From contig SVSS01000001.1 of the NCBI GenBank assembly GCA_015064185.1, forward strand, positions 4,910 to 68,909: DNA of 64,000 nucleotides, given 5' to 3'. Made by a program: the position numbers and the translations under genes. This DNA comes from Oscillospiraceae bacterium. GTDB taxonomy: Bacteria > Bacillota > Clostridia > Oscillospirales > CAG-272. Numbering within the stretch: the stretch's first letter is position 1; each line of letters begins with the position of its first letter. The notes beneath the pieces were generated by a model, which was not told the origin of the DNA, did not search any database, and saw only the letters and a list, made by a program, of their open reading frames with translations. Shown here in pieces: positions 55,248-63,269 of this stretch.

Positions 55248-56753
55248 ATGAACGAACAAACAAAAACAAATGAAATTACCTTAAGTTTTTTTGTGGCAGT
55301 TTTCACCAAGCGCCTGATTCCGTTGCTCCTTGCGCTTGTTGTGGGCGCTACGGGTGCGTTTGCCTTCACCAAGCTGTTCATTGCCCCCGTTTATTCATCT
55401 GCTGCTGAATTTTCGGTAGAAAACACCTCTAACAAGGAAGGCGTGATGAACAGCAGCTATCAAGCGGGTGCTGCGCAGTTTGCTGCCAACTATGCAAACG
55501 AGGTGCAGGGAAACGTATTTCTCAGCAGGATCTTAAAGGAGTATAACGAGAAGCATGGCAAAGCGCTCACATTAGCGCAGCTTTCTTCAAAGATATCCGC
55601 TTCCGTTAAGGGTAGCCTCCCTGTATTTGAGGTAAGGGTGTCGTCTACAAACCCTCAAGAGGCGTATGATATTTTACATATCATAGAGGAAATGGCTCCC
55701 GAGCTTTTGCTCAATGACAGTACTAGGGCATATGTTAACGTCAAGCTGATCGAATACGGTTCGGTGGCAACATCGTCGGATTCTCCCAATACGCTTGCCA
55801 ACACAGCAATGGGCGGCATTCTTGCTTTTGCTCTCATGTATGTACTGTTCTTCCTTAAAGCATTCCTTGATAAGACTGTATATGACGAGGAATCGCTGAA
55901 AAACACGTCCGGGCTTCCTGTGGTGGGCCAGATCCCGCGCTGGAGCAATAAGAAGACGGAGGGTGCCAAAAAACACGGTGCACAAGCGCTGGATGCGCCC
56001 AATGCTTCGGGACATATTCAGCGAAACTATGATGATCGCTTGCTTGCAGTGGAGACCCCGTTCTCTATCGCCGAATCCTTTAAAACCTTGCGCACTAACC
56101 TGATGTATGTAGCCATAAAGGATAATCAGTGCCCGGTGTTTGCCGTTACCTCCGGATTTGCCGGGGCGGGCAAGAGCCTTGTTGTCGCTAACATTGCCGT
56201 CAGCTTTGCGCAGCTTGGCAAAAAGGTGCTTTTGATCGACGGTGATATGCGTTGCCCCGTGCAGCACAAGGTTTTTGATCTGCCTGCAGAGCAGCACGGG
56301 CTTTCTGAGGCTTTGGCGGGCATTGACGAAAATCCGCTTGAGACCTGCGTTATAAAGAATGCATATGAAACGCTCGATATAATGACTTGTGGTCGTATAC
56401 CGCCCAACCCTTCAGAGCTGTTGGCATCTGAGAGAATGCAGTCCTTGCTTGCTGCGGCAAAGGAAAAATACGATTATGTGTTTATCGATCTGCCTCCGCT
56501 GCTTGAAACTGCAGACGCAGGTGTTTTGACCTCGATGGTATCGAGCTATATTATCGTAGCGCGCGCAGGTTATTCCAAGGTCGATGCGATATCCGAGGTT
56601 ATAGATAAGCTTTTGGCAACGCGTGCTAACATCGCGGGATTCGTGCTCAATGATGTAAATGCAAAGGGCTCCTTTGGCTATTATTCGCATTACAGCAATT
56701 ACAGCAAATACGGTAAATATGTTCATCGTTCTGAAAATGGATCCGATGAGTAA
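55248..56753 (+). CDS. fused Wzz-type chain-length determinant and BY-kinase (polysaccharide biosynthesis tyrosine autokinase)
   Basis: An N-terminal Wzz-like two-TM domain, Walker A SGFAGAGKS, Walker A' LLIDGDMR, Walker B VFIDLPP and a C-terminal Tyr cluster YYSHYSNYSKYGKY. Confidence 0.85.
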   Translation: MNEQTKTNEITLSFFVAVFTKRLIPLLLALVVGATGAFAFTKLFIAPVYSSAAEFSVENTSNKEGVMNSSYQAGAAQFAANYANEVQGNVFLSRILKEYNEKHGKALTLAQLSSKISASVKGSLPVFEVRVSSTNPQEAYDILHIIEEMAPELLLNDSTRAYVNVKLIEYGSVATSSDSPNTLANTAMGGILAFALMYVLFFLKAFLDKTVYDEESLKNTSGLPVVGQIPRWSNKKTEGAKKHGAQALDAPNASGHIQRNYDDRLLAVETPFSIAESFKTLRTNLMYVAIKDNQCPVFAVTSGFAGAGKSLVVANIAVSFAQLGKKVLLIDGDMRCPVQHKVFDLPAEQHGLSEALAGIDENPLETCVIKNAYETLDIMTCGRIPPNPSELLASERMQSLLAAAKEKYDYVFIDLPPLLETADAGVLTSMVSSYIIVARAGYSKVDAISEVIDKLLATRANIAGFVLNDVNAKGSFGYYSHYSNYSKYGKYVHRSENGSDE

Positions 56754-56780
56754 GTTCTGTCCTGCTGTCGTAGGGAATGG

Positions 56781-58133
56781 ATGATGAAAACTGTTATACG
56801 GAAATACGGCGCAGATATATTTCGCGTGGGACTCAGCCTTTTTGTGTTCCTTGCGGCAGTGCTTACGGGGGGCGAAACCGAAAGGATCGCCCCTATCGCT
56901 GTGGCACTTATCTGTGTTCTCTGTGTTGGATTGTTTCTTCTTAGAAGCACAAAATATCTAACGTTACTATTTTTACAGCTTAGCCTGCTGCTTATCTTTT
57001 GCTACGATTCCTTTTCTGTTTTTGTTCGGTACATTTGGCTCTTGCCCGTAGTGCTTCTCGGTATGACGGTGTATCTGATGCGCAAAAAGCCTCGCTTTTC
57101 TTGGGGCGCATCGGCTTTGTCACTTGTGGCGGTCAGCGTAGCAACGCTTCTTGGCGGTGTGGGCATGATATCTTTTGCTGATTATTTTCGACCGGCCTCG
57201 CTTGCTTTTATGGCAGGGCTTGGCCCCGGGCTGATCTTTTCCTATTGGATCGTGAAAAATGAGCTGAAAACAGGGGAAGACCGAGATGCCTTTATGCGCG
57301 ATCTTTTGTATTGGGGCATGACTGCGGCGGCCATTGTTTTTTGGTATATGGTGCCGTTTGTTATAGAGGTGGGCTCGATTTTTAGCTATGAGGTTCCACA
57401 ATGGAGCAATAATATCTCTACCATGCTGATGATCGCGTTACCTGCGGCGCTTGCACAAAAAAACAGAGGCTTCAGACACTATCTTTTGCTGTTCTTTATG
57501 TTTGCTGCCACCTTGCTGGCAGGCTCTCGCGGAGGCCAGCTTTTGGTGGGAATAGAGCTTGTGGCTTGTTGCCTTTGGGCGTGGCTCCAAGAGGAGAATC
57601 GTGTGAAGAAAATCTGTAGCGGTGTCTGCTTTATCTGCATTTGTGCGGTGGCAGCAGGCTTGCTGATCCTGCTTTACTATAATCCGGATATCGTGAATTT
57701 TACAGGCAAAGATGAGGTGCGGTGGAAGCTGTTTGCACGCGGCCTTGAGAATTTTCGCGAAAATCCGCTTTTCGGCAGCGGTCTTGGCTACCGTGGTAAT
57801 GCTGATCTGTTTTCCGGTAAGCAGGGAACGATCAATTGGTATCATATTTTTATTTCACAGGTCGTAGGCGGCCTTGGTATTGCAGGTATTTTGGCATGGG
57901 GCTACCAGCTATATACACGCGCTTGCCTTTCCCGGCGTGTGTGGCGTACAACCGATTTCGGCTTTGCGCTTTGCTATTTCGGCCTGCTTCTCATGTCCAT
58001 GGTAAATCCGGGTGAATTTTGTCCCGTTCCTTATGCTTTTTTGGCAGTTTGCTTCTTTGCGGCAATTGAAAACCGTATTGAGGAGCAGGGAGTACTGCCG
58101 TTAAGAAGGCTTTATATGCCGTGGCGCAAATAA
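56781..58133 (+). CDS. O-antigen ligase / Wzy-type polymerase family membrane protein
   Basis: At least 10 TM helices with a Wzy_C-like loop (LLAGSRGGQL...GSGLGY). Confidence 0.75.
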   Translation: MMKTVIRKYGADIFRVGLSLFVFLAAVLTGGETERIAPIAVALICVLCVGLFLLRSTKYLTLLFLQLSLLLIFCYDSFSVFVRYIWLLPVVLLGMTVYLMRKKPRFSWGASALSLVAVSVATLLGGVGMISFADYFRPASLAFMAGLGPGLIFSYWIVKNELKTGEDRDAFMRDLLYWGMTAAAIVFWYMVPFVIEVGSIFSYEVPQWSNNISTMLMIALPAALAQKNRGFRHYLLLFFMFAATLLAGSRGGQLLVGIELVACCLWAWLQEENRVKKICSGVCFICICAVAAGLLILLYYNPDIVNFTGKDEVRWKLFARGLENFRENPLFGSGLGYRGNADLFSGKQGTINWYHIFISQVVGGLGIAGILAWGYQLYTRACLSRRVWRTTDFGFALCYFGLLLMSMVNPGEFCPVPYAFLAVCFFAAIENRIEEQGVLPLRRLYMPWRK

Positions 58134-58172
58134 AAAATGGCTCAAATGCAAAAGCATTTGAGCCATTTTTTT
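58132..58172. terminator. bidirectional terminator between the O-antigen ligase gene and spoVT
   Basis: 14-bp perfect stem AATGGCTCAAATGC pairs with GCATTTGAGCCATT, flanked by A-run and T-run. Confidence 0.8.
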
Positions 58173-58725
58173 ACGATTCGAGTTGCTTCCCGAGAAATCC
58201 TGCCGCCGTTTGAATAAGCTTGCTTTCCACATCGGATGCAGGCATGGTTCTGTCGTTTTTATCACCCGTTGTGAGGGATACCACGCAGCCAACAATATCT
58301 CCTTCGGCAAGGATCGGCATCGCGCAGCTTACGGTATGACTACCGCCCTCGGCTATTGCGGGGATGCGCTCCATGCCGTCACGCCATACATACATAGAAC
58401 GGCTCTCGATGATCTTTTCAAGCGCCTCGGATACCGATTTTTCGCCGTATTCCTTTCGCGGCACACCTGCCGTGGCGATCACGGCATCCCTGTCGCAGAT
58501 CACAACGCTAAGTGAGCAGGTCTTGTGCAGTGTTTCGGCATATTCGCCCGCAAAAGCGGCAAGCTCGCCAATGGGAGAATATTTTTTAAAAATGACCTCG
58601 CCCTCGCGGTCTGTATAAATTTCAAGAGGGTCGCCCTCGCGGATACGCATGGTTCTTCTGATTTCTTTGGGGATCACGACGCGACCGAGATCATCGATGC
58701 GCCTGACGATTCCTGTTGCTTTCAT
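58171..58725 (-). CDS. spoVT: stage V sporulation protein T (AbrB-family regulator with GAF-like C-domain)
   Basis: MKATGIVRRIDDLGRVVIPKEIRRTMRIREGDPLEI is the SpoVT/AbrB swapped-hairpin N-terminus. The length of about 184 aa fits SpoVT. Confidence 0.9.
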   Translation of the reverse strand: MKATGIVRRIDDLGRVVIPKEIRRTMRIREGDPLEIYTDREGEVIFKKYSPIGELAAFAGEYAETLHKTCSLSVVICDRDAVIATAGVPRKEYGEKSVSEALEKIIESRSMYVWRDGMERIPAIAEGGSHTVSCAMPILAEGDIVGCVVSLTTGDKNDRTMPASDVESKLIQTAAGFLGKQLES

Positions 58726-58893
58726 ATATAAAATCTCCTTGTGATTTTTAATGTGTGCCGTGTTAGTATCTGCAAATGCAGGAGATTTATACTTTTATGC
58801 TCACAATTATGGAATAATGTGCAAACCGTATTTACTTTTATGTTGGATTTGATATGATAAACAAGCAATTCTAATTTAAATCTGCAAGGAGTA

Positions 58894-59220
58894 TTGCAAA
58901 ATGATCGTTTGTTGATTGGAATTTTTTTGGGACTTGCTATTTACCGTGAGGCTAACCTTCCGCGTACTCTTTTGCCTGCGGCAATTGCATTTGGCTCCTT
59001 TGGTATTACAATGATCTGTCTGCCTGGCTCGCCGCAGATCCAAAACATTATCCCCACAAGCTATTACGGCACCACCGCAACAGCCGGCCCTCTTATGGGT
59101 CTGCTTGCCGTGTGTAACTGTAAGCACAAGGAATCGTATGCTGACATCGGCGCGACCTGCTGCCTGATTCCAACCGTGGTTTCCCTGCTTATGGCGCTGG
59201 TGTTTGGTTTGTTTGTTTAA
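58894..59220 (+). pseudogene. probable remnant of a GntP/permease-family transporter gene
   Basis: A 108-aa ORF with a TTG start only 2 nt after the SD. Its sequence (AIAFGSFGITMICLPGSPQIQNIIPTSYYGTTA) resembles an internal segment of GntP-type permeases of about 440 aa, joined to a C-terminal TM segment. Confidence 0.4.
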
Positions 59221-59228
59221 AATACATA

Positions 59229-59258
59229 AAGCGGAGTGAAATTCACTCCGCTTTTTTT
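59229..59258 (+). terminator. rho-independent terminator
   Basis: Stem GCGGAGTG pairs with CACTCCGC, followed by TTTTTTT. Confidence 0.7.
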
Positions 59259-59291
59259 GTGTGCCGCATTGTATATTTTTTATCAAAGACC

Positions 59292-59320
59292 TTGACATGA
59301 AAAAAACAAAGGTATATAAT
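59292..59320 (+). promoter_or_regulatory. consensus sigma-A promoter for serC-serA (TTGACA-17-TATAAT)
   Basis: TTGACA lies at 59292-59297 and TATAAT at 59315-59320. Confidence 0.6.
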
Positions 59321-59376
59321 AAAAAGTAATCTATTTTATAGAAAGCAATGATGCTTTCGGTTATTGGAGGCTTATG

Positions 59377-60468
59377 ATGAACAGAGTATTTAACTTTTCC
59401 GCAGGTCCCTCTATGCTCCCCCTGCCCGTGCTTGAAAAGGCAGCGGCAGAGCTGATTACATACGGTGATTCCGGTATGTCCGTTATGGAGATGTCACACC
59501 GCTCCCCTGATTATGAAGCAATCATTGCTGATGCTGAAAAGATGCTTCGCGAGCTGATGAACATTCCGGAGAACTATAAGGTGCTCTTTTTGCAGGGTGG
59601 CGCTTCTACCCAATTTGCGGCAGTTCCGCTGAACCTCATCGGTCGCACCGGCAAGGCTGACTACGTGGTTTCGGGTCAGTTCTCCGGCAAGGCATTTAAG
59701 GAAGCGCAGAAGATGGGCTATGACGTTGTTTGCACTGCCACCAGCAAGGAAGATAACTTCGACCACATACCTGCTCTTACGCGCGATATGTTCCGTCCTG
59801 ATGCTTCCTATGTGCATATTTGCTACAACAACACTATTTACGGCACAAAGTATGCTGACATTCCCGACACGGGTGATATTCCCCTTGTTGCAGACATGTC
59901 CTCCTGCATTCTTTCCGAGCCTGTTGACGTGAGCCGCTTTGGCGTGATCTACGCAGGCGCGCAGAAAAACATGGCACCTGCAGGTCTTACCATTGTTATT
60001 GTGCGTGAGGATCTGCTTGAGTATGCCGATCCCAAAATGCCCACGATGCTTGAGTGGAAGACCATGGCAGAGAACGGCTCCATGTACAACACGCCCCCTT
60101 GCTACACCATTTACGTAGCAAAGCTGGTTTGCGAGTGGCTCCTTTCGATCGGCGGGCTTTCCGAAATGAAGAAGTACAATGAAAAGAAGGCTGCCGTTCT
60201 TTATAACTACCTTGATAGCCAAAGCTACTATATCGCTCCTGTGAAGAAGGAGAGCCGTTCGATGATGAACGTTACCTTTGTTACGGGCGATGCTGAGCTT
60301 GACAAGAAATTTGCCAAGGAGGCAGCAGCTGCAGGCTTAAAGAATCTTAAGGGCCACCGTTCGGTTGGCGGTATGCGTGCTTCGATCTACAATGCAATGC
60401 CCAGCGAGGGCGTTGATAAGCTGGTAGCGTTTATGAAGGAATTTGCCGCTGCCAATCCCAAGGCTTGA
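59377..60468 (+). CDS. serC: phosphoserine aminotransferase
   Basis: NFSAGPSMLP N-terminus and the PLP-lysine region (GAQKNMAPAG). GGAGG lies 6 nt before the second ATG. The ATG at 59374 is an alternative start. Confidence 0.95.
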   Translation: MNRVFNFSAGPSMLPLPVLEKAAAELITYGDSGMSVMEMSHRSPDYEAIIADAEKMLRELMNIPENYKVLFLQGGASTQFAAVPLNLIGRTGKADYVVSGQFSGKAFKEAQKMGYDVVCTATSKEDNFDHIPALTRDMFRPDASYVHICYNNTIYGTKYADIPDTGDIPLVADMSSCILSEPVDVSRFGVIYAGAQKNMAPAGLTIVIVREDLLEYADPKMPTMLEWKTMAENGSMYNTPPCYTIYVAKLVCEWLLSIGGLSEMKKYNEKKAAVLYNYLDSQSYYIAPVKKESRSMMNVTFVTGDAELDKKFAKEAAAAGLKNLKGHRSVGGMRASIYNAMPSEGVDKLVAFMKEFAAANPKA

Positions 60469-60483
60469 AAGGAAGCAATAAAA

Positions 60484-61653
60484 ATGAAAAATATTCTTTT
60501 ACTTAACAAAATTGCGAAAGTGGGTACCGAGCGTCTTGACCCCACCGTATATCAATGCGGCACCGATGTCAGCGCACCTGTTGGTATTATGGTTCGCTCC
60601 GCTAAGCTTCATGATATGACCTTTAACCCCGAATTGCTTGCCATTGCACGTGCGGGTGCGGGTGTCAATAACATTCCCGTTGCACGCTGTGCCGAGGAGG
60701 GCATTGTGGTGTTCAATACTCCCGGTGCCAATGCAAACGGCGTAAAGGAGCTTGCGATCTGCGCACTGCTTCTTGCTTCTCGCGATGTAGTGGGCGGCAT
60801 CAACTGGGCACGCTCGCTTGCGGGCACTGCTGACGTTGCTAAGCAGGTCGAGGCAGGAAAATCGCAGTTTGGCGGCACCGAGATCAAGGGTAAAACGCTT
60901 GGCGTTATCGGCCTTGGCGCCATTGGCGGCTTGGTAGCAAACGTTGCCGTAAAGCTTGGTATGAAGGTCGTTGGATGTGACCCTTACCTTTCTGTTGCGG
61001 GCGCATGGAACCTTGATCACCATATTGAAAAAGCCACCACGTATGAGGAGGTTTATCAGAAAGCTGATTACCTCACGCTTCATGTGCCTGCCACCGAAAC
61101 AACCACGGGCATGATCAACGCGCAAACAATTGCACAGATGAAAAATGGCGTAAAGATCATCAACCTCGCGCGTGCAGAGCTTGTAAATGCAGCTGATCTT
61201 GCCGCAGCCATGGCAAGCGGTGCAGTTTCGGCGTACGTAACCGATTTCCCCACCGAGGAAACGGTTTCCATTCCCGGCGCTATCGTGATCCCGCATCTTG
61301 GCGGCTCTACGGAGGAATCCGAGGACAACTGTGCGGTAATGGCTGCTGACGAGCTTGACGAGTACATCCGTTACGGCAATATCCGCAACAGTGTAAACTA
61401 TCCTGCCGCATCAATGCCTGTATCGGCAAAGGCGCGCGTTTGCGTGCTGCACGCAAACGTTCCCGCTGTGCTTGCAAACGTGTCTTCTGTTATGGCAAAG
61501 GATGGCATCAATATCGAGAACATGCTCAACAAATCCAAGGGCGACAATGCTTATACCATTCTTGAGGTAAACGGTGAGGTCACCGAGCAGGCAGAGAATG
61601 ATATTCTTGCACTTGACGGTGTGCGCCGCGTGAGAACCATTCGTTTTGCATAA
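60484..61653 (+). CDS. serA: D-3-phosphoglycerate dehydrogenase (with C-terminal ACT domain)
   Basis: The 2-hydroxyacid dehydrogenase NAD motif GVIGLGAIGG, the catalytic HLGGST and an ACT-like C-terminus. Confidence 0.9.
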   Translation: MKNILLLNKIAKVGTERLDPTVYQCGTDVSAPVGIMVRSAKLHDMTFNPELLAIARAGAGVNNIPVARCAEEGIVVFNTPGANANGVKELAICALLLASRDVVGGINWARSLAGTADVAKQVEAGKSQFGGTEIKGKTLGVIGLGAIGGLVANVAVKLGMKVVGCDPYLSVAGAWNLDHHIEKATTYEEVYQKADYLTLHVPATETTTGMINAQTIAQMKNGVKIINLARAELVNAADLAAAMASGAVSAYVTDFPTEETVSIPGAIVIPHLGGSTEESEDNCAVMAADELDEYIRYGNIRNSVNYPAASMPVSAKARVCVLHANVPAVLANVSSVMAKDGINIENMLNKSKGDNAYTILEVNGEVTEQAENDILALDGVRRVRTIRFA

Positions 61654-61670
61654 TAAGAGCAAAAGACAAA

Positions 61671-61700
61671 GGGGAGTGCCGATCGGCACTCCCCTCATTT
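61671..61700 (+). terminator. rho-independent terminator after serA
   Basis: Perfect 10-bp stem GGGGAGTGCC-GATC-GGCACTCCCC followed by T-rich sequence. Confidence 0.65.
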
Positions 61701-61721
61701 ATTCTATTTTTGGTATCCCCC

Positions 61722-61750
61722 TTGTCAAAACGGGAAAAATATGTTATAAT
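61722..61750 (+). promoter_or_regulatory. candidate sigma-A promoter for prfB (TTGTCA-17-TATAAT)
   Basis: TTGTCA lies at 61722-61727 and TATAAT at 61745-61750. The spacer AAACGGGAAAAATATGT is nearly identical to the spacer at 7405-7421. Confidence 0.55.
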
Positions 61751-61802
61751 TACTGTAATTAGTATAATGGAAAATGTCGCTTATGCGGCGGGAGGTACTT
61801 TT

Positions 61803-62909
61803 TTGATTATCGCACTTGAAAATGCCAGACACGAGCTGATCGATATGCGTGAAAAATTGCAGGATCTTGGCGGGGCGCTCCGCGTGGAGGATCTTGCCGC
61901 ACGTGTGGCGGAGCTGGAGCAAAAAACGGCAGACCCTTCGTTTTGGGCTGACCCCAATTCCGCAAAGGTGCTGCAGGAATTAAAGCAAAGTAAGGATACC
62001 ATTGCCGAATATGAAGCGCTTTGTGCGCGCCTTGAGGATGCGATCGCCCTTGCCGAAATTGCCATTGAGGCAGAGGATGAAAGCTGTGTAGAGGAGGTTG
62101 AGGCTGAGCTTGCTGCCATCGTTGAAGCGGAAGATGCACAGCGCATGGAGGTACTCCTCAACGGTGAGTATGACCGTAGCAATGCTATTGTTTCCTTCCA
62201 CCCGGGTGCGGGCGGTACTGAGGCACAGGATTGGGCGCAAATGCTTTACCGTATGATCACACGTTGGGCGGAGCGCCGCGGCTTTAAATATAAGCTGGTC
62301 GATTGGCTTGACGGCGATATGGCAGGTATTAAGAGCGCTACGATCATGGTAGAGGGCACAAATGCTTACGGTTACCTAAAAAGTGAAAACGGAGTGCATC
62401 GTTTGGTGCGCGTTTCTCCCTTTGATGCCGCAGGCAGACGCCAGACCTCCTTTGCTTCCATCGAGGTTATGCCCGAGTTTGATGATGTGGATGCCGTAGA
62501 GGTTCGCGATGAGGATATTGAGGTCACTGCCCACCGTTCGAGTGGCGCGGGCGGTCAGCATATCAATAAAACCGACTCTGCCATTCGCATTTTGCATAAG
62601 CCCACCGGTATTGTAGTTGGCTGCCAGACTGAGCGCAGTCAGCTGCAGAACAAGGAAACTGCTATGAAGATGCTTAAGGCAAAGCTCATGGAGATCAAGC
62701 TGCGTGAGCGCCTTGACACCATTGAGGAAATTCAAGGCAATAAGGTAAATATCGAGTGGGGATCACAGATCCGTTCCTATGTGTTTATGCCCTATACGCT
62801 TGCAAAGGATACCAGAACGGGCTTTGAAAACGGCAATATCGGTGCCGTGATGGATGGCGAGATCGACGGATTTATCAATGCATATCTCAAAATGAACGCA
62901 GGTCAGTAA
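61803..62909 (+). CDS. prfB: peptide chain release factor 2 (single uninterrupted frame, no programmed +1 frameshift)
   Basis: The SPF tripeptide region (RVSPFD) and the GGQ motif (SGAGGQHINKTDSA). A TTG start at 61803 lies 7 nt after GGAGG. The upstream part of the ORF-track model lies inside or before the promoter. Confidence 0.9.
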   Translation: MIIALENARHELIDMREKLQDLGGALRVEDLAARVAELEQKTADPSFWADPNSAKVLQELKQSKDTIAEYEALCARLEDAIALAEIAIEAEDESCVEEVEAELAAIVEAEDAQRMEVLLNGEYDRSNAIVSFHPGAGGTEAQDWAQMLYRMITRWAERRGFKYKLVDWLDGDMAGIKSATIMVEGTNAYGYLKSENGVHRLVRVSPFDAAGRRQTSFASIEVMPEFDDVDAVEVRDEDIEVTAHRSSGAGGQHINKTDSAIRILHKPTGIVVGCQTERSQLQNKETAMKMLKAKLMEIKLRERLDTIEEIQGNKVNIEWGSQIRSYVFMPYTLAKDTRTGFENGNIGAVMDGEIDGFINAYLKMNAGQ

Positions 62910-62925
62910 GAGGGAGGTGCGCTGC

Positions 62926-63234
62926 ATGAAAATAAAGAAAGAAGCAAGGCAGGCCTTGGGGCTTTCGGCAGTGCTTTCGGCCTTGGTGCTAACCGTTACC
63001 TTTATTGTGCTTGCGGTGCGCCGCCGAAGCATTACCGAGGCTTTGTTGGCACTTGCGGCAGCGGCAGGCAGCACTGTTGGCGCGGCACTTTTGCTGGATG
63101 CCGTTGTTGCGCCCGATCCCGATGGGGAGGATGTGGTAATGCCGGCTGAGGCACAGGATCCCTTGAATGCCCCCGAGCTTTTTGAGGGGGAAGGGTGCGA
63201 AGCCGCAGAGCAGGCTATGCGCCAAGCGCTTTAA
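62926..63234 (+). CDS. small membrane-anchored protein, unknown function
   Basis: The ATG lies 9 nt after GGAGG. It has two hydrophobic segments followed by an acidic tail. Confidence 0.5.
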   Translation: MKIKKEARQALGLSAVLSALVLTVTFIVLAVRRRSITEALLALAAAAGSTVGAALLLDAVVAPDPDGEDVVMPAEAQDPLNAPELFEGEGCEAAEQAMRQAL

Positions 63235-63269
63235 AACAGAGATAAAACTTAAATAAGGAGGTATAAGAG

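Noticed and set aside
58748-58778. A forespore sigma-G-type promoter upstream of spoVT (GCATT ... CACATTA).
   Set aside because: The -10-like CACATTA fits CAHWHTA. However, the spacer to the -35-like GCATT is 19 nt rather than 17-18, and the -35 element has a mismatch. It is plausible biologically but not supported well enough from sequence alone.
61803-61900. Looked for the canonical RF2 programmed +1 frameshift (CUU UGA C) in prfB.
   Set aside because: The frame is continuous through the homologous position (GGAL-RVEDL). There is no in-frame UGA and no ORF0, so no recoding feature is annotated.
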